64,000 nt of DNA, taken from Myxococcales bacterium. Lineage in GTDB: Bacteria > Desulfobacterota > Binatia > HRBIN30. Location of the stretch: assembly GCA_037445065.1 (NCBI GenBank), contig JBBILD010000001.1, forward strand, positions 56,716 through 120,715, in the 5' to 3' direction. Positions 10,036-18,062 of this stretch are shown here, one piece after another. A model generated the notes under the pieces. That model had not been told where the DNA came from. It saw nothing but the letters and a program-made list of their open reading frames with translations, and did no database searches. A program made the position numbers and the translations under genes. The first letter of the stretch is position 1. The number at the start of each line of letters is the position of its first letter.

Positions 10036-11366
10036 ACCGAGTCTCCGAAAAGCCTTACCGATAGGGCACTGCGCAGCCGGCGGTGTGGGTCCCACCTCTC
10101 GCGGATCGCTCGGAATCGTTCCAACCTAGGCTCCATGCGTTCAAAATGCTCTCTGCGCGTGAAGGCATCCTTAGCGAGGTAGACTCGTCCTCCGGCTTCA
10201 ATAACGAATTCGTTTAAACAGTCGACAATTTTTTGCGTGTTCTCTCGCACCGGCATATCGAGTGCGTAAGAGATTCCAGGCTTGGGAAACGATAAAATCC
10301 CATTTCCCTCTGCCCCGCAGTCTTTGATGACAGCCAGAAAGATCGGTGCTTCCAATTTCTGTAACTGCTTTGCGAACTGCTCATGGAGGCCGAAGTCGCG
10401 GTCAGCAGGTAGAACGCACTGGTACTGCGTGAATCCCCGCGAGCCGTAAACGCGGTTCCAATTTTTCAAGGCGTCAAGGGGGTAGAAAAACTCGTTTGGT
10501 GACACGACCTTCCTCCGAGCCCGCTGTCGGGCGCGCAAAAAGTATGCTCCATTGAACCAGCGAACCATCCACGGTTGGAGAAACCAGTTCGGGAAAACGT
10601 CGGGAACCGGGAGGGGGTCGGGGTCGCGGGGTGCATAGGGAGGCGCCTCGTAGGGGTGGGCCCAGCGGCCTTTCATGACCGCTCCGCGACCGAAGCGGGG
10701 AGGAGGATTCAAAAAGTCAGCCCAAGCAACGGTGAACGGCCAGGTGCGGCCCGCCGCGCGCAAGGCCTCCAGCAAACCGCGGAGTGTGCCATGAATTTCA
10801 ACCTCCTCCAGGATCCAAGGCGACGGGATTGGTTTGAGTTGGAATTCGACTTCCAAGATATGCCCGGTTAGTCCCATGCCGCCAATGGTGGCGAAGAACA
10901 GATCTGAGTGTTCGTCTCGCGAACACTCCACGACGTCACCGGACGCGACCCGAATGAGAATCCGATGCACGTGCTCCCCGAAAGAGCCTTCTACGTGGTG
11001 CATCTTCCCGTGCACATCTGCAGCGACCATGCCGCCGATGCTGACGAATTTCGTTCCAGGTGAAACGGGGACGAACCAACCGCGCGGCAAGAAAAGTCGA
11101 TTCAGGCGCCAAAGCGGGCAACCCGACTCGGTTCGGATCTTTCCGGTCAACTCATCAAAAAACAAAACGCGGTCGGCCAGTTCGGTTCCGAGGAGGCAAT
11201 CCGCGGGGGAGGCGGGAAGCGCGGCGTCCCCATAAGAGCGGCCCAGACCGCGAGCTAAAGCGACGCCTTCGCACTTGCGGCGGAGGTCCTCATGTAGGCA
11301 GATCCTCCCTTCCGTGACCGGATACCGCCCCCAACCAAAAAGCCTCTGAGAAACCGAGCAGGCCAT
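10032..11366 (-). CDS. FAD-linked oxidase, DprE1-like (decaprenylphosphoryl-beta-D-ribose oxidase)
   Basis: GWGRYP, ARGLGRSYGDAA, PVSPGTKFVSIGGMVAADVHGKMHH, FFYPLD, WNRVYG, QYQC and GGRVYLAKD match the DprE1 motif set. Confidence 0.85.
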   Translation of the reverse strand: MACSVSQRLFGWGRYPVTEGRICLHEDLRRKCEGVALARGLGRSYGDAALPASPADCLLGTELADRVLFFDELTGKIRTESGCPLWRLNRLFLPRGWFVPVSPGTKFVSIGGMVAADVHGKMHHVEGSFGEHVHRILIRVASGDVVECSRDEHSDLFFATIGGMGLTGHILEVEFQLKPIPSPWILEEVEIHGTLRGLLEALRAAGRTWPFTVAWADFLNPPPRFGRGAVMKGRWAHPYEAPPYAPRDPDPLPVPDVFPNWFLQPWMVRWFNGAYFLRARQRARRKVVSPNEFFYPLDALKNWNRVYGSRGFTQYQCVLPADRDFGLHEQFAKQLQKLEAPIFLAVIKDCGAEGNGILSFPKPGISYALDMPVRENTQKIVDCLNEFVIEAGGRVYLAKDAFTRREHFERMEPRLERFRAIRERWDPHRRLRSALSVRLFGDSV

Positions 11367-11368
11367 CT

Positions 11369-12331
11369 TCAAGCCCTCCCGCCCCTTGGTTGGGTTTTAC
11401 GACGCGAAACTTCGGCTGCCTGGTCTGACATAAGAGCGCGAACTTCTTCGAGACTGGGAATCCCGGCTCGGCCCCCAAATTTTCGGCACTTTAAAGCGGC
11501 GCTAGCAGCCGCAAATCGCAGGGTTTTCTCGATGGGCCAGCCCTGGAGGAGCCCATGTATGCACCCTGCATGGAACAGGTCTCCGGCCCCGGTCGTGTCC
11601 AAGGCAAGCACACGATAGGCTGGCACAAAGATGGTCCGTTCCTCAGCGCGCGCGACGGCGCCTCCGGTCCCCAAGGTCACCCCTACAAGCCAAGGTCCAA
11701 GGCGGGCCACCTTTTCCACGGCCTTCTCGATCCGGTCCTCGCCGGTAAGGCGAAAGAAAAAATCGCGGCTGGCGATGAGTACATCGGTAAGGGCCAAGAG
11801 TTCGTTTATGGCTTGGGCCGGTTGATCGATGTCGAGAACGACTTGCACCCCGAACTCCTTGGCTCGCCGCGCCGATTCGATAGCAGTCCACGGGTCCACG
11901 GCATCGAGCAGGAGAAAACGAGCTCCTTTCAGGATTTCCGACGGCACCACTGGCAGCCGGAAGGGGTCTCCGCAGGGTCCGGCGAGCACAGACCGTTCAC
12001 CCGTTGCGCGATCAACCAAAATCACCGAAACCGGCTGACTCTGATTGCGGAGCACTACAGAGGCATGCAGGTTCACCCCCTCCCGCGCAAGGGCTGAACG
12101 GACGAGGAGACCTCCAGGGTCATCGCCGAAGACGCCTACGTAGGCCACGGGGATCCCCCAGCGACGCAGAGCTACCAAAGCCGTCGGTACTTGACCGCCG
12201 GGTTGGGTTTCGTAGCGGAGAAGCGGCTGCTTCCCGTCGAGGCGAGGGTGACGGTGAACCACGCAAAGGTGGTCCACTGTGCTTTGCCCACTACCCACCA
12301 CCAAAGCCGAACTGAGGCGACTCGTCAACAC
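11369..12331 (-). CDS. PfkB/ribokinase-family carbohydrate kinase
   Basis: PGGQVPTA, GDDPGG and DTTGAGDLFHAG signature. Confidence 0.9.
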   Translation of the reverse strand: MLTSRLSSALVVGSGQSTVDHLCVVHRHPRLDGKQPLLRYETQPGGQVPTALVALRRWGIPVAYVGVFGDDPGGLLVRSALAREGVNLHASVVLRNQSQPVSVILVDRATGERSVLAGPCGDPFRLPVVPSEILKGARFLLLDAVDPWTAIESARRAKEFGVQVVLDIDQPAQAINELLALTDVLIASRDFFFRLTGEDRIEKAVEKVARLGPWLVGVTLGTGGAVARAEERTIFVPAYRVLALDTTGAGDLFHAGCIHGLLQGWPIEKTLRFAAASAALKCRKFGGRAGIPSLEEVRALMSDQAAEVSRRKTQPRGGRA

Positions 12332-12496
12332 GGATCCTTGTTGTAGCTAATTACCATGCCGAACAGATGCCGGCCATGAGCAGGTGAGGGACACTCTTCG
12401 CACCTGCGGGGAAGCTCTTTCACTGTTGGGGCCCTTGATCACGGTCGGTTACCTACGCAGCACGGATCCTGAACTCAATTCGGAGGACTCCTGAAA

Positions 12497-13351
12497 TCAG
12501 TCACCGGAGGGGACTAACGCAATGACCCGGGCTGGGCTGCCGCTGCCGTTTACAATCGGGAGCGGCAGGGCAAAGATCCAGGCCCCCGTCGGAGGAAGTT
12601 GCTCCACGTTTGCAAGATTCTCGAACGCCGGTTTGTTTGCTGCGGAGAGGACCCGGTGCACCGGAAAAGAGCGAGATCGCCCAGGATCTACGCTGGCCGT
12701 GTCTACCCCAAGCGCAGCGATGTTCCTCTGCTCGACCAGGAATGACACCGCCTCAGCCGAAAACCCCGGGAAGCGAAGACCCGAAGTGTCCCCGGGCTGA
12801 TCAGATCCCAGGTATTGCTTCTTGTTTCCCCAGTACCGGCCCCAGCCACTCAACATCACCACGATCGCGCCCCCGGGCAGTGGACCGTGGCGCTGTTCCC
12901 AAAGCAAAACGTCCTGGACGGTCAGTTCATAATCCGTGTTACGGGCTGCCTGTTCCCGAACGTCAATGACCACCGCCGGACCGACACAGGCGCTCAACGG
13001 TACTGCGTCGGCCGCTAGCTTCCCCTCCCCAAAATGAAGGGGGGCATCCATGTGCGTCCCCCCGTGCTCTGCCATGCGAAAGTTGTTTGCCGCGTACCAG
13101 TACCCCTCAGGCGTCCAGCCGCGGTGAACCGGTTCGAGCGTAAAAGGAAGGCTGGTGGGCCAAAAGATCGTGTCCGGCCCCAGCGAGTGGGTGAGGTCCA
13201 CGAGCCGCACGGAAGCGAGCCATGGCGTGACTTGGGCTTTTTCCCACATCTGATGCGGCAGCTTTGGCCCCTTCGGGGCGCACGCAGCGAGAGAAAGGGT
13301 AGCCAGAACTACCGCCGTTACGTGGTGACCATGAGCAGTGGGCATGCTCAC
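12497..13351 (-). CDS. Cyclase-family metal hydrolase (kynurenine formamidase/isatin hydrolase-like), probable lipoprotein
   Basis: EHGGTHMDAPLHF motif, VDTASVD, ENLAN, GSGSPAR. Lipobox LSLAAC. Confidence 0.85.
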   Translation of the reverse strand: MSMPTAHGHHVTAVVLATLSLAACAPKGPKLPHQMWEKAQVTPWLASVRLVDLTHSLGPDTIFWPTSLPFTLEPVHRGWTPEGYWYAANNFRMAEHGGTHMDAPLHFGEGKLAADAVPLSACVGPAVVIDVREQAARNTDYELTVQDVLLWEQRHGPLPGGAIVVMLSGWGRYWGNKKQYLGSDQPGDTSGLRFPGFSAEAVSFLVEQRNIAALGVDTASVDPGRSRSFPVHRVLSAANKPAFENLANVEQLPPTGAWIFALPLPIVNGSGSPARVIALVPSGD

Positions 13352-13433
13352 CGCGTACGAAAATCGCGGGCTTCAAGTCAATCGTGGCGTGGGTGAACTG
13401 TCCGCTTTTCTGAACCACGATCGCCGGGTGCCC

Positions 13434-13462
13434 TTGACGAAAGGAGATCAAGATCGCATTAT
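13434..13462 (+). promoter_or_regulatory. Candidate sigma-70 promoter for the alternative sigma gene
   Basis: TTGACG-N17-CATTAT in the divergent intergenic region. Confidence 0.5.
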
Positions 13463-13595
13463 AAAAACCGTTTCGCGGGGGCTGGCTGGCAGGAGTACCT
13501 GTACGGCGAGGGCCTCTCACGATGGTTGAAACAAAGAGCGAAATTGCTCTGGACCTTCGCTGAATTTTCACCAATGATGTGCGTCGAAGACGGCC

Positions 13596-14795
13596 ATGTT
13601 CGATACGGACTACAACACTGAGTATGCAATGACGGATCAAACCTCACTCATCGAGGAGGAGCTGCCACGCTCTGAGGAGGCTACGGAGTCGCCAGAGGCA
13701 GAGGACCTCCTGGAACTGGAAAGCCGGGATGTGGAGTCGTTGTTTTCCGCAGACCTGGCCACCACTAGCGTTCTGTCCCGTGCCGAAGAGGAATCTCTTG
13801 CACGGCGGATTGCGCGTGCTCGGGAGCGAATTCTCAAGGTCCTACATGGGGCAAAAACCCTCAGCCGTCATGCCCTCGAGGACGCTGGTCGGGGGGTGAT
13901 TTTGCCAGAAGAAGACTTCCGCGAGCGGGAGACAGTGACCATCCTGCGTTTTGCCGAGGCAATTCTGGCAGATCAGAAGCTCCATCGCAGGAAAGAGTTT
14001 GTGCGCCGGACGGGCTTCCGCAGCGTGCGGCGTTTGCGCAAATTCGTAGACGATTTGACTAAGGCGTTGAACGACTACCGAGTTTTGCGAGACGAAATGA
14101 TGCGAGCGAACCTCAGGCTTGTGAATCTGTTCGCCCGCAGATACCGCCACCCGGTGTTGACGTCGCTCGACCTGTTCCAAGAGGGCACCATCGGCCTCTT
14201 GCGAGCGATCGAGAAGTATGACCCGCAGCGGAACATCAAGTTCAGTACCTACGCTACGTGGTGGATCTGGCAGCAGCTCAGCCGAGCTGCAGACATGCAG
14301 GGGTCGTTGATTCGTTTGCCGGTACACTGGAACCAGTTCCGGCGCCGGATCGGGCGAGACGCAAGGGAACTCGCCATGGAAAACGAGCGGCCAGTGACTC
14401 GGGACGAGATTGCAGCGACCCATGGGTTGGACCGAGAGCGCTTCGAAGCCATGGCGCAGAGCTTCCAGTTCGTTTCGACCGACGCGCCGATCGGTGAAGA
14501 TGACGATCGCACTCTGGAGAGCACCCTCGCTTCGGATAGTCCTGAACCAGAAGGTGTGGCGGAGAAGGCGTCATTACGCGAGCGCCTGGAAGACGCTTTG
14601 CGACAACTCCCAGAGCGCGAGCGGATCATTCTACGGCACCGATTTGGGTTGGATGACGACGAAACCGAAACCCTCGAGCAGCTTGGCCGACAGTTCGGAG
14701 TCAGTCGCGAACGGATCCGGCAGCTTGAAGCACGTGGCCTGAAGATGCTTCGCGCAATCTGTGCCCAGCAAGGCTTGCAGGATTATCTCGAGTAA
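13596..14795 (+). CDS. Alternative sigma-70 family factor (RpoD/RpoS-like, group 2/3)
   Basis: Region 1.2 VLSRAEEESLA. Region 2 ANLRLV...DLFQEGTIGLLRAIEKYDP...KFSTYATWWI. Region 4 TLEQLGRQFGVSRERIRQLE. Start could be 13629. Confidence 0.9.
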   Translation: MFDTDYNTEYAMTDQTSLIEEELPRSEEATESPEAEDLLELESRDVESLFSADLATTSVLSRAEEESLARRIARARERILKVLHGAKTLSRHALEDAGRGVILPEEDFRERETVTILRFAEAILADQKLHRRKEFVRRTGFRSVRRLRKFVDDLTKALNDYRVLRDEMMRANLRLVNLFARRYRHPVLTSLDLFQEGTIGLLRAIEKYDPQRNIKFSTYATWWIWQQLSRAADMQGSLIRLPVHWNQFRRRIGRDARELAMENERPVTRDEIAATHGLDRERFEAMAQSFQFVSTDAPIGEDDDRTLESTLASDSPEPEGVAEKASLRERLEDALRQLPERERIILRHRFGLDDDETETLEQLGRQFGVSRERIRQLEARGLKMLRAICAQQGLQDYLE

Positions 14796-14823
14796 CGCGG
14801 GACGGAAGCTAGTAGGAACCACG

Positions 14824-14867
14824 CAGTCCGGCGGCGGCGTTACTGTGGCCAGCCGCCGGACTGTTTT
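14824..14867 (+). terminator. Rho-independent terminator-like hairpin after the sigma gene
   Basis: 12-bp perfect stem CAGTCCGGCGGC / GCCGCCGGACTG followed by TTTT, between convergent genes. Confidence 0.6.
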
Positions 14868-15193
14868 CCACTAGGGGATTCCAAAGAAAACAGCGGCCCG
14901 CGCAGATAGGTGCTACGGCACTGAGGACATCGGCTCGGTTTCGAAAGGCGATCGCGCTCCGAAAATTGGAATCCGCATTTGAGGCACTGAGCCGGATGGA
15001 CAAGAAATTTCCCTGTCCGGGTAGCCGAACGCCGTAGGTGCTCCAGGTGCGAAGCCAACTCCTTTTCTGAAATTTTCAAACGTTGGGAGAGGCAACGCAG
15101 CGAATGTACGCCTTGCTCCAGAAGCTGCGCGAGTTGCTGTCGGATCGTTTGATCCCGAGATCCGGTGCCGGGCTGTGTCGGGCGCGGTGGCAT
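14840..15193 (-). CDS. HTH fused to Zn-ribbon predicted transcriptional regulator (COG3357-like)
   Basis: TIRQQLAQLL...SEKELASHLEHLRRS, then CLKCGF and PSRCPQCRS. Confidence 0.8.
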   Translation of the reverse strand: MPPRPTQPGTGSRDQTIRQQLAQLLEQGVHSLRCLSQRLKISEKELASHLEHLRRSATRTGKFLVHPAQCLKCGFQFSERDRLSKPSRCPQCRSTYLRGPLFSLESPSGKQSGGWPQ

Positions 15194-15247
15194 CGTCGAG
15201 CGCTTCTCATTTCTTTTATAGTCTGGTTGAGTTACGCGTGTAAGGGT

Positions 15248-15916
15248 ATGTCCAAGGAACCTGTTGGTGACTTTGCACGCGCCCGGAACGGCTTAATCGA
15301 GGAGTTGCGCCAGGACGGGATTCGGGATCCTCGAGTCTTGCAAGCGATCGCGCGGGTCCCGCGCGAGGAGTTCGTGCTGCTGCGGGATCGGGATCGCGCG
15401 TATGAAAATCGCGCTTTGCCAATCGAGCGCGGCCAGACAATCTCGCAGCCATTGATCGTTGCAATGATGACTGAGCTTTTGGAGCTGAAAGGCGGCGAGA
15501 AGGTGCTCGAAGTGGGAACGGGCTCTGGCTATCAAGCAGCGGTCTTAAGCCTGCTGTGTGGTTCGGTGTTTTCGATCGAAATTGATGCGGATTTGGCGGA
15601 ACAAGCACGCGAGCGCCTCAGCCGCCTGGGCTACTCCAACGTCCAGGTTCGAGTTGGAGACGGTTTCTATGGCTGGCCTGAAGAAGCGCCGTTTGACGCG
15701 ATCATCGTGACGGCGGTGGCGCCCCGGATTCCCGAGCCACTGATCGAACAGCTGAAGCCGCAGGGCGTACTCGTCTTGCCCTTAGAAGAAGGCTGGAGTG
15801 AGACCTTAGTGCGCGTTCGCAAGTTGGAAGATGGCTCTCTTCAGAAAGAGCGCTTTGGCGCGGTTGCTTTTGTGCCCATGCGGGGAGCCATCCGCGCACA
15901 GGAAGCGCAGCACTGA
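15248..15916 (+). CDS. pcm: Protein-L-isoaspartate O-methyltransferase
   Basis: VPREEFV, GQTISQP, VLEVGTGSGYQAAVL, GDGFYGWPEEAPFDAIIVTA and FVPM. Confidence 0.95.
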   Translation: MSKEPVGDFARARNGLIEELRQDGIRDPRVLQAIARVPREEFVLLRDRDRAYENRALPIERGQTISQPLIVAMMTELLELKGGEKVLEVGTGSGYQAAVLSLLCGSVFSIEIDADLAEQARERLSRLGYSNVQVRVGDGFYGWPEEAPFDAIIVTAVAPRIPEPLIEQLKPQGVLVLPLEEGWSETLVRVRKLEDGSLQKERFGAVAFVPMRGAIRAQEAQH

Positions 15917-16007
15917 CCTCTCGTACGCTTGGCAATGCGTGAAATGTGCGGTATGGCGGACGCTGGCGGTCATTGATGGCCCTGTGAGAATGGGAGGACG
16001 TGAGTTT

Positions 16008-16421
16008 ATGAGAGGGAAGGCTTCGTTGGGGATTTTGTTTGTGTGGATCGGGGGATTGCTGAGCGTTGGCGCTGCAAGAGCTAAGGAACCACCACCTCCG
16101 GCAAAGGCCGCGTACTTGAGATACTGCTCGGCGTGCCACGGAGCGACAGGGAAGGGCGACGGGGTGGTGTCGCATTTGATGAATCCCCGGCCAGCCGACC
16201 TCACGCAGCTCGCAAAGAAGAACAGAGGAGAGTTCCCGTTCCTGCGGATTATCCGGATCATTGATGGACGTGAAACGCTCCGCGCGCACGGTGACCCTGA
16301 TATGCCTGTGTGGGGAGAGATTTTTGCGTCAGAAGTGGTTGGTTCCCTGCACAAAGAGGCTGCAATTCGGGGGAAAGTGCTACTGATCACAGAGTACCTG
16401 GAATCCATCCAGGAGAGATAA
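16008..16421 (+). CDS. Periplasmic mono-heme c-type cytochrome
   Basis: Signal peptide, CSACHGATGKGDG, PADLTQL and HGDPDMPVWG (Met ligand). Confidence 0.9.
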   Translation: MRGKASLGILFVWIGGLLSVGAARAKEPPPPAKAAYLRYCSACHGATGKGDGVVSHLMNPRPADLTQLAKKNRGEFPFLRIIRIIDGRETLRAHGDPDMPVWGEIFASEVVGSLHKEAAIRGKVLLITEYLESIQER

Positions 16422-16458
16422 AGTTTGGTCGTGGACGGTTTGCTCCCCGCGGGTGAAT

Positions 16459-17964
16459 TCAGAAACCGAACGTTACCAGGTCGGACTGCGTTCTTGCATA
16501 GCTGAGCGCGAATTCCAACTGCGCTTTAGTCTGCGCGTGTACCTCGAAGATTGGTTCCCCTTTTTCCACGACGTCTCCGACCGTTCGTAAAAGCCGCACT
16601 CCGGAGGCCACGTTGGCAGGTGCCCCAGCCTGCTTAGCTACTCTGGCCATGTGCCAACAGTGAATGGCGCGGACCCGCCCGTCCGCAGGGGAAAGATACG
16701 GCTCTTGAAAAGGTGCTGCGGGTGGGAAGGGCTTGCGGCCTTGAGCGTCGAGAATTCGTTCGAAGGCCCTTTCCGCAGCACCGGAATCGAGCGCCTGTGC
16801 AGCCGTTCGATACCCTTGCCCTCCCACGACCGTACCAGACAGCTCGAGAATGCGAGCCGCCAAGTAGATGGACTTTTCGCGCAGGTCGACGGGCGCGCCA
16901 GGTTGTCGGTGCAGAACGGCCAGCACGTCCAGCGCTTCCAGCCTTGGTCCAATACCCCAACCGATAGGGCCGCGGGCCTCAGTGATCGCGATATCCACGT
17001 TCAAATCGATCCGTCGAGCCACGTCGCGGAACAACTGCGCTAGGTGATCTGCTTGCTCGATTGAGCGCACTTTAGCGGTTGGGCCTACGGGAATGTCTAG
17101 TAAAACGTGGGTCGCTCCTGCCGTTTTCTTTTTGGACAGAATGGAGGCAACCATTTGTGCCTCGGTGTCAATTTCCATCGGCCGCTCGACGGTGATCAAG
17201 ATATCGTCGGCTGGAGCCATGCCTAAGGCTCCTCCCCAGACGATACACGCTCTCGCGGTGTCGATGGCCCGGTAGAGCTGATCTGGGTCTAGTGCGACCT
17301 CAGCAAGCACTCCCATCGTGTCCGCTGTCCCAGCAGGACTCGTGATGGCTCGAGAGGATGTTTTCGGAACTGTGAGCCCGAGCGAAGCAAGAACTGGGAT
17401 GACAATCATGGTTGTTCGATTTCCGGGTACTCCGCCAATGCAGTGCTTGTCTAAGATCGGGCCACGTTCGAAATGCAAGCTTTTGCCAGTGTGCACCATT
17501 GCATTCGTGAGGGCCACGAGCTCGTCGAGGTCGAGTGACCGCAGAGCGCAGGCGAGGACGAACATTGAAAGCTCGATTTTCGAGTAACGGTGGGCGACGA
17601 TGTCACGGAGAATGGCTTCGAACTGTGCGGGCTCGAGCTTTTGGCCAGTCAATTTGGCGCGCACCAAGTCGAGACTTCGCGGCGCCGGGGAGTGCGCAGC
17701 GTGGACGAGGGTTCCTTCGGGGAGTTGCAGATCTCGGAAGGCTACTTCAGAGAGCCCGATTTCATCGGCGGCGAGCAGCCCGTTTCGACAAAAGTTCAAG
17801 ATGCCTGTGATCTCCCGCCCGTCCGTGGAAAGCGTCGCTGCGCTCCAGACCCGCACCCGGTCCAGAGGGCGGAATCCCAAGTTGCCCTTTTCGACAGCAG
17901 ACTCGTGTATGAACACGACGCGCTCGCTGAGGGTATCGATGTGCATCCGCCGGAGTTTGAACAT
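16459..17964 (-). CDS. Thymidine phosphorylase family, AMP-phosphorylase-like long form
   Basis: N-terminal extension (LRRMHIDT), DKHCIGGVPGNRTT, PKTSSRAITSPAGTADTM and SILSKK. AGGAGG RBS before ATG 17964. Confidence 0.85.
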   Translation of the reverse strand: MFKLRRMHIDTLSERVVFIHESAVEKGNLGFRPLDRVRVWSAATLSTDGREITGILNFCRNGLLAADEIGLSEVAFRDLQLPEGTLVHAAHSPAPRSLDLVRAKLTGQKLEPAQFEAILRDIVAHRYSKIELSMFVLACALRSLDLDELVALTNAMVHTGKSLHFERGPILDKHCIGGVPGNRTTMIVIPVLASLGLTVPKTSSRAITSPAGTADTMGVLAEVALDPDQLYRAIDTARACIVWGGALGMAPADDILITVERPMEIDTEAQMVASILSKKKTAGATHVLLDIPVGPTAKVRSIEQADHLAQLFRDVARRIDLNVDIAITEARGPIGWGIGPRLEALDVLAVLHRQPGAPVDLREKSIYLAARILELSGTVVGGQGYRTAAQALDSGAAERAFERILDAQGRKPFPPAAPFQEPYLSPADGRVRAIHCWHMARVAKQAGAPANVASGVRLLRTVGDVVEKGEPIFEVHAQTKAQLEFALSYARTQSDLVTFGF

Positions 17965-18062
17965 GAGCGACCTCCTCTCGATGTTGAGCCGTTTGTTATC
18001 TTTGTCCGCCCTGTTGGAAATTGTTGTCATGCGTTACGGGCGCGAGAAGGAAAGACCGGGAA

